From the NCBI GenBank assembly GCA_002189035.1, contig NEEC01000002.1, positions 5,642,001 to 5,706,000 on the forward strand: a stretch of 64,000 bases of DNA, given 5' to 3'. Origin of the DNA: Utricularia gibba. Lineage: Eukaryota; Plantae; Magnoliophyta. The translations under genes were made by a program, and so were the position numbers. This document shows positions 36,801-49,912 of this stretch, piece after piece (position 1 is the stretch's first letter; the number at the start of each line of letters is the position of its first letter). A model generated the notes under the pieces. That model ran no database searches. It was not told where the DNA came from and saw only the letters and a program-made list of their open reading frames with translations.

Positions 36801-39218
36801 ATCCTGCCACATGCAGACACAACACCAATGGGCAATAACTCCCATATGCCAGCCGAGAATCATGCCCATGCCACAATTTCTCCACGTGAAGACATGAAAC
36901 AGGTGGCAATTAATCCTCTCTCTCCTAACAATTTTAATGATGCAGAAGAATTGCTGCCTCTCACGACACTTCCAGCCCCTAAAATGGGCGCAACCCAAGG
37001 TCATGATCAGCCCCCAATGGATGCTTCCTTAGCCATCCCAGAACCTAAATTGGGTGTGTGTCACATCAGTGATTGCAGTGCACTCCCTCAAACGGATATC
37101 TCTAGTTCAACGTGTGACATCAACTCCTCAGAGGTGGTTGGCCACACCGATCCAGCCCCTAGGCACTGTCCAACCTCATCAACACCATACGAGTCACCAC
37201 ACCCAGGTATTGCTACTGAGCCCACCTCTGTTACTAATCCTAGTGATCCTTGTGTGCAGAGGACACACATCATGTGCACTCGATCACAAAGCGGAATCAT
37301 AAAGGCAAATCCCAAGTATGCTCTATATATGGAAGCACTCCCAGTAATCCCAACAGAACCCAGAACCGTGAAGGAAGCTCTGAATCATCCTGGGTGGTCA
37401 GTAGCAATGAATGAGGAGCTAGCTGCACTACACAAAAATAACACTTGGGTGTTGGTACCTAGAAACGAATCCACTCACGTCATAGGATGTAAATGGGTTT
37501 ACAGGGCAAAACTCAACCCCGATGGATCACTTGCTCATCTCAAGGCTCGTCTGGTTGCTAAAGGATTCGATCAAGTAGATGGAATAGACTACACTGAGAC
37601 CTTCTCACCAGTGGTCCGCCCTAGCACAATCCAACTCATTCTGTCCATAGCACTCACCCACAAATGGGAGGTCAAACAACTAGACGTGAAAAATGTGTTC
37701 CTTCATGGTCAAATAATAGAGGCCATACATATGGAACAACCCCTAGGTATGAAGGATAAAAAATTCCCTTATCATGTTTGCAAATTGAACAGGGCATTGT
37801 ATGGACTCAAGCAAGCTCCCCGAGCTTAGTATGATCGCTTCAGCTCGTTTTTGTTAAGTATAGGTTTTTTCTGTAGTTTGGCAGACCCTTCACTCTTTAT
37901 TTCTCATTTTGGAAGTGAAACACTAATCTTACTTCTATATGTTGATGATATAATTGTTACAGGCACAAATTCATAGCACGTACAATGCTTGATTGCAAAC
38001 CTATCCCAAGAGTTTGCTATGAAAGACTTGGGAGAGCTACACCATTTTCTAGGCGTACAAGTTCAAATGACTACTGATGGGATACATCTTTTGCAAACTC
38101 ACTATGCTTTCTCTGTTTTGGATAGATTTGGGCTAAAAGACTGCAAACCAGCATTAACCTCTCAGCCCTCAAAGGTGAACCCAAGGCAGGCATCAACACC
38201 CCTTTCAGATCCTACACCTTTCAGAGGTCTTGTCGATGCCCTTCAGTACCTCACCTTCACCCGACCAGACATCACCTTCAATGTGAATTATGTTTCACAA
38301 TTCATGCACTCTCCGACAGTATATCATCAAACATTGGCAACTCAAATCTTGAAGTACATCAAAGGCACCTTGAACTATGGAATTCTTCTCAAGCACACAG
38401 CCCCGTTACGCCTTAAAGCATATTCGGATGCTAACTGGGCAAGCTGCCCCTATACCCGCTGCTCAGTAACCGGTTACTGTGTTCTTATGAGTGGCAACCC
38501 CATTGCTTGGAGCTCCAAGAAACAACACACTGTTTCACGTTCTAGCACTAAAGCTGAATATAGAGCAATGGTAAATACAGCAGTAGAATTAATGTGGCTG
38601 CAACATCTGTTGAGTGATCTACGTATTTCACTTAGTTCACCTCCTGTCTTGCACTGTGACAACCTAAGTGCACTATTCCTCACTGTCAACCCAATTCTTC
38701 ATGCCAGAAGCAAGCACATTGTGCTTGACTATCACTTTGTGCGAGAGAGGGTTGACATGGGCTGTTTAGTTACTCAGCATATCCCAACACAACATCAAGT
38801 AGCTGATCTTTTCACTAAGAGAATGCCTAGTGAATGGCTGCTCCTCCTGAGAACCAAACTTAGCTTACAACCTCAGCTAAGTTTGAGGGAGGGTGTTGAT
38901 GAATCAACTCAGTGGAGGAATAAGGATGCTGGAAGAAATAAGGAAGTGGAGTGATAAGGTTACTGAGGATTCGAAGGTTGGTTATCAGAGTAACTAAATG
39001 CCCTCCACTTGGAATCCTTCATTGAAGGATTCCAAGTTCTGGGTTTGTTTCTGGCGCACATGTGGTTCAAGGAAGCGGTTAACGATAGAGCCTGTATTAA
39101 GAGTATTTTTAGGATCTACAACAACCCAGCTCTGTGCTCTATTTAAACTTGTTGTACCACAATACATTTTGTGTGGTGGAATAATATTTTTTTTTCCTTC
39201 TTCATTCGTTTTCTTTTA
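33876..39218 (+). mobile_element. Ty1/Copia element D (Ale/Retrofit-like), structurally complete, ORF broken
   Basis: LTRs 33876-34198 and 38894-39218 (about 10 differences by eye). TSD ACTCC 33871-33875 and 39219-39223. PBS TGGTATCAGAGC 34199, PPT GAGGGAGGG. Gag, protease (WTADTGAT), integrase, RT and RH with stops and frameshifts. Confidence 0.95.
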
Positions 39219-39392
39219 ACTCCAACATAAAATGTGAACAGAACTACGGGAAATTTATTTTGAAGAATTTCAGACTCAAGCCATTGCAGTTCGCGGACTA
39301 GAGTATTTTGGTCATAAACAATGAGAAGTTTCAATTCTTCTACAAAGATGCATACGAATTAGCAATTGCTAAACCAAGGTGAAAAAAATTAC

Positions 39393-39757
39393 CATTTGGG
39401 AATGCACAAGAAAAGCCTCCCATCTGCTAAGAATGCAGGAGAACTCCACCAAATATCACTCCATTTTGATCCTTGGAACTTAATACTACCTCTCTCTAAA
39501 TTAAACTTTTTTAGCAACGCATCAGCACTAGCTAGAATTTCATTCTCAAGAAAGCCATGCAAACAAAAAGACGAGCCATTGGAAAAAATCCCTTTACATT
39601 TATTAAACCAAGTGAGCAGAAACCCATTTAACTTTCGGGACATGGATTCCTAAAGATCACGGCTTTTGGTTGTTTCAAGAGCATAATTGCAAACAACTTC
39701 TGCAATTTCAGAAAGCAGCCTCTCATCTGACATTGTAAGCATCAACACTATAGATAC
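39393..39757 (-). pseudogene. Upstream exon of the unnamed gene with an in-frame stop
   Basis: AG|GTATCT...AAATG|GT. Reads VSIVLMLTMSDERLLSEIAEVVCNYALETTKSRDL*ESMSRKLNG..., with TAG at 39650-39652. Confidence 0.55.
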
Positions 39758-39784
39758 CTACTGAAAGAAAATGAAAGATAACTT

Positions 39785-42700
39785 TGTACAAATGAAGAAG
39801 GAAAGGTGGGAAAACTGATGATCTTCCATTGAAAGAACTGTATATTTATACAAAGTATGTCCTAAACTAACGTCGTAATCTTAGCATCTAATCCCACAAT
39901 CTAAGCCTACATACAAGCTATGGTAACATCCCCCCCTCAAGATGCATCATCCTAAATCACGATGGGAAGAGCGGTGAGGTGGAGATGTCTCAAGAGATGT
40001 TGGAAAGTATTGGCTGGTAAGACTTTAGTCAGAATGTCCGCAAGCTGGTTCTTGGAGGGCACATGCTTCGGAATGAGGAACCCCTTTGCATAGCTTTCAT
40101 GCACAATATGGCAATCAATCTCGATATGTTTAGTGCATTCATGGAATACCGGATTCTGTGTAATATGGATGGCTGATTTGTTGTCACAAAATAAAGGAAC
40201 CGATCCTTATACGTCATGACTAAAGTCCTTCAAAAGGGATGCCAACCAAGAAATAGTCGACTGCTTCTAAGACTTCCAAGAAACCAGTTGCCCACCGAAA
40301 AAGATACAATAGCCAGAGAGTGAACGGCAAGTGACGGGACATGCAGCCCAATCTGCATCACAATATGCCCTAAGTTCTGCGTTAATGACCAGTGTGTATC
40401 GGATACCGAGGATTTGAGACCCAAGCAAATAACAAACCAAATGCACTCCTGCGTTCCAATGTGATTCTTGAGGTTCCTGCATAAACTGACTCAAGTGATG
40501 TGTCGCAAATGCCAAGTCTGGTCTAGTATATGATAGGTACAACAAACGCCCCACAAGACAACGAAAAGGTCGAGCATCAAGGAGAATAGGAGAGGTGTCA
40601 TCATATAGCTGCAACCCAGTAGGCAAAGGAGATGAGGCAGGGCGAGCATGATGAAGTCCCATATCCTGAATAATGTCCTTGATGAACTTGCGTTGGTTAA
40701 GAAAGATACCCTCCGAGGATCAATAGAGCTCCAGGCCAATGAAGTACTTTGCATCCCCAAGTCCTTCACAGTAAATTTATCGTGAAGAAATTGGATGAGC
40801 GACTCAATCTTAGGCAAAGAGGATCCAGTGACGAGAATATCATTAACGTAAACCAACAAATAAGTGGTGGAATTAGCATCAACGCATGAAAAAAGGCATG
40901 GATCATTAGCAGAGGCAATAAAACCAATTGATATCAAAGCTCCGGTAAGTTCGCGATTCCATTGATGAGATGCCTGTTTCAGACCATATAAAGATTTTTG
41001 AAGCCAACAAACCTGTGAAGAAGCAGCTTGTGAATAGCCTAAAGGGACTTTCATGTAAACTTCTTCATCCAATATCCTATGTAAGAAGGCATTATTAACA
41101 TCTAATTGCTTCAAGGGCCAAGAGCGTTGAGCAGCCAAGCAAATGAAGAGTCTCATTGTGGTCATCTGTGTAATCAACCCCTTCTTGCTGGCTGAAACCT
41201 TGGGCCACAAGGCATGCTTTGCGCCTGTTGATGGAACCATCAGGGTTCAACTTGGTCTTGTAGACCCATTTGCAGCCGATGGGTTGTTTTCCAGGGGGCA
41301 AAGCAGTTAGTTCCCAAGTGTGATTACGATGTAATGCTCAAGCTCTTCGACCATCACTGCAACCCATAGAGGATCCAAGCTGGCTTCTGAATAGGAAGGT
41401 AGGTTCATGAGCCGCATCCAGACGAGCCATGAAGGCACGATGCTCCAAGGAGGTGGCTGCATTAATGTGGTAATCATCCATCCATGGTGGCATGTGACGG
41501 ATGCGTGTTGAACGAAGAAGGGCTGTTTTGGCCATCCCCATAGGAGGAGATGTTGAGGGGCCCGAAGTGGAACTCAAAGGAAGGCGAGATGGGTCAACAT
41601 TGAATTCAGGTTCATAGGCAGGAGAGGAAGGAGTTGCTGTCATGTCACCATTTGTTGAACTAGGTGCTGGAACTTCATCATCCAACCCAAGATTAAGAGG
41701 ATTGGGAACAAATGAATCAGCATGGTCCCATTCACGAGAGGTTTGGATAACAAAAGCAGGGACCGATTTTGATGATTAAGAAGGGGCTGGTAGTGAGAAG
41801 CGGCTACCTGCAAGTGGTGAGTAAAAAGGAAAAAAATCTTCATAAAAGGAGACATCATGAGAGATGAATTCTCGCTGGGTTGTGAGATTGATGAGCCGAT
41901 AATTGTGACAGCTATTGGTATATCCCAATAAAACGGAAGGAATGGTTCGCGGAGCAAATTTGTCTCTGTGTGGCATGGTGTCTGAAGCGTAGATGAGACA
42001 TCCGAAAACTCTAAGATGAGAGCAATCTGGAGCTGTGTGATATAGCATCTCAAAAGAAGTCTTCATGGAAATGGCAGCTGAGGGAAGGCGATTTATCAAG
42101 TAAGCAGCGGTGAAAATTGCATCACCCCAAAATTCCTTAGGCATTCCAGCATGTAAGAGCATAGATCTGGCTAAGTCACCCAGATGGCGGTGCTTGCGCT
42201 CCACATGCCCATTCTGTTGCGTTGAGTAGACACACGTTCGATTATGAACAATCCCTTGTTTTTGAAAGGCAGCGGCGCAACTAGAGTTCACGAATTCAGA
42301 ACCATTGTCTGTGCAAATCTGTTTAATCATCACCTCAAATTGAGTTCTCACATATGCAATAAAGTCTGAAATTCGATCAAATGTGTGGGATTTGTTGGAG
42401 AGGAGGTAAACCCAGATGGCTCTCAAATAATCGTCAATGATTGTCAAAAAATAGTGAGCACCATGCTGAGAGGCAGTGGCATACCGTCCTCATAAATCCA
42501 CATGTACCAAATCAAATGGTTGAGAAGCTCGTTTGTCATCGACAAGAAAGGGTAGCTTGGTTTGTTTAGATAAATGAAAAATGTGGCAAACTGAAGCCTA
42601 GTACTTCAATGAACTCAGAAAGGGCAGTTTATTCAAAATAGAAATAGAAGCATGGCCAAATATGTGATGCCATTGAGGAAGTATGAACAAATGCAGAATA

Positions 42701-43393
42701 ACATTGAGGAAATTTATTCTGAGATCCAATATCAGAAAGTCGATAGAGACCATTCTTCACATATCCCTACGCAATCACGACTTCACTGTTCCGGTCCTGC
42801 AAAACACAACCATCGGCATCGAAGATAGCACGTAAATTGTTGTGTTTAACTATCTTGTAGACAGAGGCCAAATTCACAAGAAATGTAGGGACTCGAAGAA
42901 TATAAGAGAACTGAAGGCTAGAAGTGAAGCGGTAGTCCCCAATTCCGTCAACCCTAAGAGCAAGATTATTTGGCAAAAAAACCTTTTGACTTGAACTGAA
43001 TGTTTTAAAGTTGCGTAGAGCAATTTGAGGGCCACAGATGTGGGAAGTGGCTCTAGAATCCAGGATCCAGTCTTGCTTAGGTTAACGAGAAGCATTAGAA
43101 GTCATACTTGAGAAGGCTCCTGCACCCATTTCTGCCTCAACCTCCCTGCCTCCAGAATTATCCTAGGTAGTGTTGAAGTGATGTTGAACCAAGAAAGAAT
43201 GGCAGAGTGTATGAACGAGATTTAAGAGTTCTTGTGGTAGGGATCCTCCACCCACATCTAAAGGTGTCGCCTGTGTGCTAGAGCTAGCCATATTGGCTTG
43301 ATGATCACCATTTTTATGCTTTGAATTCTTCAGACGCCCATGTAATTGTCCACTTCAGTGGGAAGTGCACAACCCACAATATCAAGGAGCATC
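39785..43393 (-). mobile_element. Ty1/Copia element C, 5'-truncated and degenerate
   Basis: Short 3' LTR about 39785-39928 (TG..CA, TATAAATA) after PPT GAGGGGGGA. RH, RT (KQLDVNNAFLH) and integrase (TDNGSEF, QNGHVERKHRH) fragments. No 5' LTR found. Confidence 0.85.
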
Positions 43394-45062
43394 TTAGAAC
43401 TCAAAGAGCACACACGTCTCCCTCCCTCCCATAGTTCGAATTCTAAGATGCTCCTTGATATTGTGGGCTGTGCACTCCCCACTGAAGTGGAAAAATCTTG
43501 CTCCTAATCGGTGATCATCCAGCAACAAAGAATTGTTTTCTCGCTCATTTTTTGAGTCTCTAATCATAGTTAAAAATTCTAGTCTTTCCTCCATGGCTGT
43601 TGGAGTGAGCTCTTGATGATACCAATGTTCCAAGATGTCCCCTACTTCCCATTCCCAAGCTTCACTCAGTGTAGCTTGTTTATGCAAAACTACCCCATAG
43701 AGTTCTGGGAATCTATCTCTAAGTGTCCCCTCTAAATCAACCCAGGAGTCTTCCTACACGCGGACCTGTGAACCATCCCCCCATATGTGTTTAAACCACC
43801 TATTAATGTCAATGGTTGGCCATTCTTTTTTTATAGTTGCTGAAAGAGATGCTATCCTCCCCCATGTAGTAGTACGTACTCTAGAGCCCAATTTGCAGTT
43901 GAGTCCACCTCCTCAACCATAGATGGAAAGCACCACCCGCCTCCATAGTTCATCCCCCCATTCTTAAGCCGCCACCACCACTTGATGAGCAGTGAAATAT
44001 TCGAATCTAGAAACGGTGCAATGTTTAGACCCCCTGCCTCATATGAATTAGTGATTTGACCCCATGCCACACAGGTGATCTTCTAGTCTGAGATGTTCGA
44101 GCCGTTCCAGAAAAACTTTATTCTGATTTGTTCAATCCGTTTGAGTACCAATCATGGTACCTGAAACAAGGAGAAATGGTATACTGGCAGACTACCCAAA
44201 ATCGACTTACATAGTGTCAAGCGTCCACCCTTAGAAAGAAAGCGGCTACTCCAGTTCTATAATCGTTTTTGAACTTTTTGCACTAAGGGAGACCAAATCA
44301 AAACCCTTTGCATGCTTTCTCTTATGGGTAGCCCGAGGTAGTGGAATGGTGTAGAGCCCCCAGTACAGCCAAGTAGCATTGCAACCCTTATCACCTCAGC
44401 GGCTCCCACGTTAACACCTATCAACTTTGTTTTGTGGTAGTTCACCTGTAGCCCTGAGAGATGCATGCTCATATCCACATCAGCCACTTCATACTAAACC
44501 CCATGGATCTCATCATGTCTAATAGGAAGGGCCACTTCACTCGATCATAAGCTTTTTCAAAAACGATTTTCAACGGACCCAATTTGTTCTTCTTTTGCTT
44601 TGCTTCATTGACAATCTCGTTAGCTATCAAAACACTATCCACTATTTGTCTCCCTTGGATAAACCCAGATTGTTCTGAAGAAATAAGATATGGTACCACC
44701 TCTTTCAGTCTTCTTGCTAAAATCTTTACGATCACCTTGTATAGGGAGGTCACTAGATGGATTGGTTGATAGTCACTGAAAGCTATTGAATTTTGTTTTT
44801 TGGGTATCAAACTTATAAAGGTAGAATTGAAGCCTCTTCCCAGGTGTCCCGTTCTTTCAAAGCGATGAATCCATTCACTTACCTCATTGCCTATAATGTC
44901 CCAGTATTTTAAAAGGAATTCTGTAGTGAATCCATCTGGTTTTGGGCATTTGTCCCAGCCACACTCTTTAACGGCATCTAATATTTCTTCATCGGAGATT
45001 GGAGTATCCAATAAAAGACCTTGATCTGCTCTTAATCTTTTGATCCTGCTATCATTAATCAT
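43394..45062 (-). mobile_element. L1-type LINE reverse transcriptase fragment
   Basis: PKPDGFT..KYWDII, FISLIPK, QPIHLVTSLYKVIVKILARRL, QSGFIQGRQIVD, FEKAYDRV and PFHYLGLPI. Confidence 0.9.
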
Positions 45063-45129
45063 CTATGAGTCTTTAGCAGGATCAAAACCTTGATGATTAT
45101 TTAATTTGTTTCAAAACCATCTGTGGCAA

Positions 45130-45872
45130 CCTTGCAGGAATTGAAACATTAGAGGTTTGCATTTATTTGAATGATTGAACCGGGGCAGACCATAGAATGC
45201 AAAATTTGTCTTAGATGATGAAGAAGATGATAATGATGACGAAGATGATGGTTCTACATCCAAAAAAGAGTAATTTTTTTTGTTTTTAATGTTTTATTCA
45301 TTTAATTTTATTTCTAAAACTAACAAAAAAAGTTTTTAACTCCACTTGTATCGTTTAAATCAACACAGCCAATCCTAAATCTGGAAAAGAGTAAGAAAAA
45401 CTTGTATATTATTGTAGTAACTTTTGTGTATACTCATTCATTGTAGTAACTTTCGTGTATATTCATTCATTTTAGTTTTACTTATATTTTAGGATATGAT
45501 TCATATTATGGTTATTTTTTATTGTTTTGATTTGAAAAATGAAGTCTACTACTTAAATTTCTTAAGGTGATTTTGAAGAAAATATAAAAATTTGTTTCAT
45601 ATTCATGAATAATTGTTTTATAGTACATGCACTTGATAGAACAATCCCATCAATCTTCACACCATACCTCCTCTCTCTTGCCTCACCCCATCTCTCTCCT
45701 TTTGGCACATCGACGGGTCACAACCCAACAACCCGTACTTGCATGACTCGTGGGCATGGGTTGAGTCAAGGGTTAAAACCCATCGACCCATGACCCATCT
45801 ACCCATGACCCAAAGCATGACCCAGTTTGGTTGACTCATGACCTGGTGGTTTATGACCTGTGCTCATGGCTA
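45130..45872 (+). mobile_element. Probable 3' end of a hAT-like DNA transposon
   Basis: Acidic tail DDEEDDNDDEDDG..*, a 30-bp tandem pair at about 45412-45470, repeated (C)ATGACCC(A) subterminal motifs at 45715-45860, and terminus ..CATGGCTA. The other end was not found. Confidence 0.45.
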
Positions 45873-45950
45873 GTGGGAGTGTCTCCACAGGTTAAGCTTC
45901 TCCTCTTTCTCCTTTTTCTAATGTAAACTTATTGACCTATGGCCATTCAG

Positions 45951-48900
45951 TGTAGAGTTTTTGGATTCATGAGCTGGAGGACTCAAAGGATTCAAGAACA
46001 TAATAGGCGGCAAAAACACTGTTTCTTGTCTTATAATACAATAAGTAGGGCTCGAATGTTCAAGCACATGTGTGCATGTGACAAGCAAAAGGGTTTTAAT
46101 ACAAATTGGAATTTTTTCTCAGTTTTCCTAAACTTTCTTCAGCTGTCTTCGTCTTCAATTCACTAGCATTCCATTCCTCATAAGTGACTGACACTCCCCC
46201 CATCGATGATAGAGGTAACTCTCGATAAATCTGCTACCTTGCAAACTCCAATTTTTAGTCTGTTTTCTTCAAATTTTTGTCTCCTGAGAGGTTTAGTCAA
46301 TATTTCGTCCAATTGACTTTTTGTGGATAAATATTGAATAGTGATCTTCTTTTTCACATCATCTCGTATGGCATGGAATCTCATGGATATATGTTTTGCC
46401 TTGCTGAATTGAGAAGAATTTTTTGCTATTTGAATAGCATACTTGTTATCCACTCCTAATGGTATGAGTTCTTGTTTAAACCAAATTTCCTTGATTAGTT
46501 GTCTCAATCAGAGGCATTGATTTGAAGCAAGTGAGGCACATATGTACACAACCTCTGTTGTAGATTGTGCTACTATAGTTTGGCATTTGGTTGATCAAGA
46601 GAAAAGATTGTTGTTCAGGCACATGAGATATCCACTAGGTACTATTATTGTTTGCACTTCCCACATAGTCGCTGTCTGAGTATGCACTTCGAGTAGGGTA
46701 GCTTCCTTCTGAGTATGTGTGGAACAATCCATACGATAATGTTCATTTTACATAACTCAACACTCTTTTCACATGTTAGTAGTGACTCATTTTTGGACTT
46801 TTTATATATCTTGACAAAATGCTTATGTTGTAGTAGAGATCAGGCAGAGTGTGGCTAAGGTAGATTAAGCTTGCTACCAAGCTTTGAAAAAGATTTTGAT
46901 CACAGTCAGCATCATCCATTGAATTTTCCATTTTCTTTTCAGTGTCCATTGGAGAACGGCATCCATTTGTGTCTATGAGATTAAATCTTTAACAAACAGT
47001 GTTTGTTCTCCATGTTCTTTTGTGAATCCTTCTATCTCAAAGAAAACATTGATCCTTTCATTTCAAACTCTTGGTACTTGTTTTAGTCCATAAAATATCT
47101 TCTTAAGTTTTAATATTTTTCTTTCTTTTCCTTTTATTATAAATCCTTTTGGTTGCTCACAATAAATTTCTTTTGTAAGTATCTAATTCAAGAAGGCGAT
47201 TTTAACGTCCATATGATGGACTTTCCATCTTTGACGGGCTGATATGACAAATAGCAACTATATGGTGTCAAACCTTGCAATTGGGGCAAGGACATCACCA
47301 TAATTAAGTCCAACAATCTATGAGTACCCTTTGGCGACAAGTCTGACTTTATATTTATTGATGGTCTCATTAGCATTTACTTTGATTTTATAGATCCATT
47401 TTAGTCTGATCAGTTTAGTAATCAAATGTGCCTGAGTATCCACTAATTCCCATGTATTATTTGCTAGAATTGAATCAATTTCACTTTGTATTGCAACCTT
47501 CCATTTTTCATCTTTGCTTGCATCTAAATATTTTGTAGGATCTGATATTACATAGCAGGACATAACATCAACAAATAGAGCAACTGTGTCCTCATTTTTA
47601 TCTTCCATTGCGCTTGAGGTATATAGTGACTCATCTTGACATAGATTTGACAGTGTTCTTTGTCTTCTTACTTATGGTTCTTTATCCCAATCATCATCAT
47701 TTGTTTCATTTGATAACATTTCAGCATCTGTAGCATTTGTGAATGAATTTGTGAAATTTTCTTCCTCTAGAATAGCTTATGATATTATAGTATCCATTAT
47801 TTCTAGATTTCTATTTGAGTTTTTGCTTCAGGCATTTCATATCCATTTGTGTTGAGGTAGTTCCTTTCCGTTTCTCTATTTTCTTTTGCATTTTCTTCAC
47901 GAATATTCTATTCATGTTCAAGAATGTCATTGGATGAATTTCTAGCAAAAATATTAGGATGTTGATTTGATCGTGGTTCTTGAGACAGGTGTGACCTTTT
48001 CTCCAAATTGGTTACTATACACATAGAATTAGCATTATTCCACGTACAACAATTTTCTTCATAAAACATTACATCTATATTGATGATGTTTTGTTTCAGA
48101 AAAATAGAGTCTATATTCTTTGGTCACAAGACTATATCTGATGAAAATTCCTAACCTTGTTTGTTCATCAAATTTTGTTCGTTTTTCTTTTGGGATATGT
48201 GCGTAGCATATAGAGCTAAATATTTTTAAGTAACCAATAGACACCTTTCTTCCTAACCAAAGTTTCCATGTGGTTTTCACAGTCATAGCTCTTGAGGGAA
48301 GTAAGTTTAACAAATATACTGTTGTTGAGACTACTTCTACCTAGAAAACAATTGGCATATTTTTTTTTAAACAGCAAACGTCTTGTCCATATTTAATATT
48401 GTTTTGTTTTTCCTTTCACTAACTCCATTCTGTTTTGGTGTGTAGGGTGCTGTGAGTTTATGAATGATGCCTTCATTGTTGCAATATTGACTTAATAATT
48501 TTGGTAAAAACTCCCCTCTATTGTCAAATTTTAATTTCTTCGGTTTATGACCACTCTATTTTTCTAATATTGCCTAGAAATGAACCATATTTTTTGTAGT
48601 CATCAATAAATATAAAAAATATTTATTTCCACTTAAGGATGGCTCCTTGAATGGTCCATAGAGGTCTATATGCACTAATTCCAATTTTTCCTTGCTTTTG
48701 GTTGTACTCATATGGAAGGGATGTTTGGCTGATTTTTCTTTTTGGCATGTGCTGCAGCAAAAATCTGAAAATTTGATACCTGATAGTTCTTAAGTGATTC
48801 CATCTTTCTGCAAGAGTTTTAGATTATTCATGACATAATGACCAAATCTTTTGTGCTAGAGGTGTGATTTTTTATTTACTGAAAGTGCAACTTCTTTTAA

Positions 48901-49912
48901 TCTTTCCAACTGTATTTGATATAGGTTGTTTAATCTCATCGCTGATGTTGACTTGGAATTTTTTGAATTAGTAATTTTAACTCCTTTCTTTTTTTAGTTC
49001 CACCTTAAAGTCATGTTTTTGCAGTTGACCAAGGCTCAATAGATTTTACATGACTTGAGGAGCATAGGATACATTTTCAATTTTCAGAAATCTCCCTACC
49101 ATCGGTAAGTGAATGATACCTCTTTCCAATATTTTAGAGGCATGGTCAATGGAGCTCCATACTTTTCCTTTTGGTAGTCTTGATAATTTAATGAAAAATC
49201 TCAATTCTATACAAATGTGACTTATAGCACCACTATCAACATACCATTTTTTTTGTTTGATCTGATTCACATGTCATCAATGCAAACTCAGTATCACAAG
49301 CATCTAAAAATGATATTTCTGCATCATTTGTATATGATAGCATAGTTGTTTGTTTCCCATTCTTCAAATGCTCTAATTCTCCATTTTTATGTCTAGTCAG
49401 GCATACCTTTTCCACATGTCCCTTCTCTGACTTGTGAAAGGGTTTGAAGCTGCTCCAATAGTTCTTAGACGTGTGATTCATTTTGTTGCAATAAAGGCAC
49501 CCCTCTAACCTTGAATTTGAGATATTTGTGGAATTGTCCTTTGCCTTTCTTTTTTGGTCAATGGCTTCTTTTGAGTATAGAATAGATTCACTTTTGAGAG
49601 TTGTAGAATTGCACTACTCTCTGATTGGTATCCTTTTTTCTAATGATTGTAGCTCACTTATAGACTTTGAGAAGGTCATTTTTTCCTCATTGCCAAACAC
49701 CTTTCTCATTTTCTCTTCAAGAATGCAATAGGCGGCAAAAGCATTGTTTCTTATCTTACAACACAATAAGTCGGGCTTGAGTGTTCAAGCATATATGTGC
49801 ATGTGATAGAAAAAAGGGTTTTAATACAAAATGAAAATTTTCCCTGAACTTTCTTCAGCTCCCTTTGTCTTCAATTCACTAACGTCCCATACCTCATGAG
49901 CAACTATCAACA
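45951..49912 (-). mobile_element. Ty1/Copia element B, degenerate and internally deleted
   Basis: 3' LTR 45951-46193 after PPT GGGGGAG. 5' LTR remnant about 49728-49912. TSD TTCAG/TTTAG (45946-45950, 49913-49917). Protease WYVDSGAISHI, integrase, RT and RH fragments. Confidence 0.88.
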
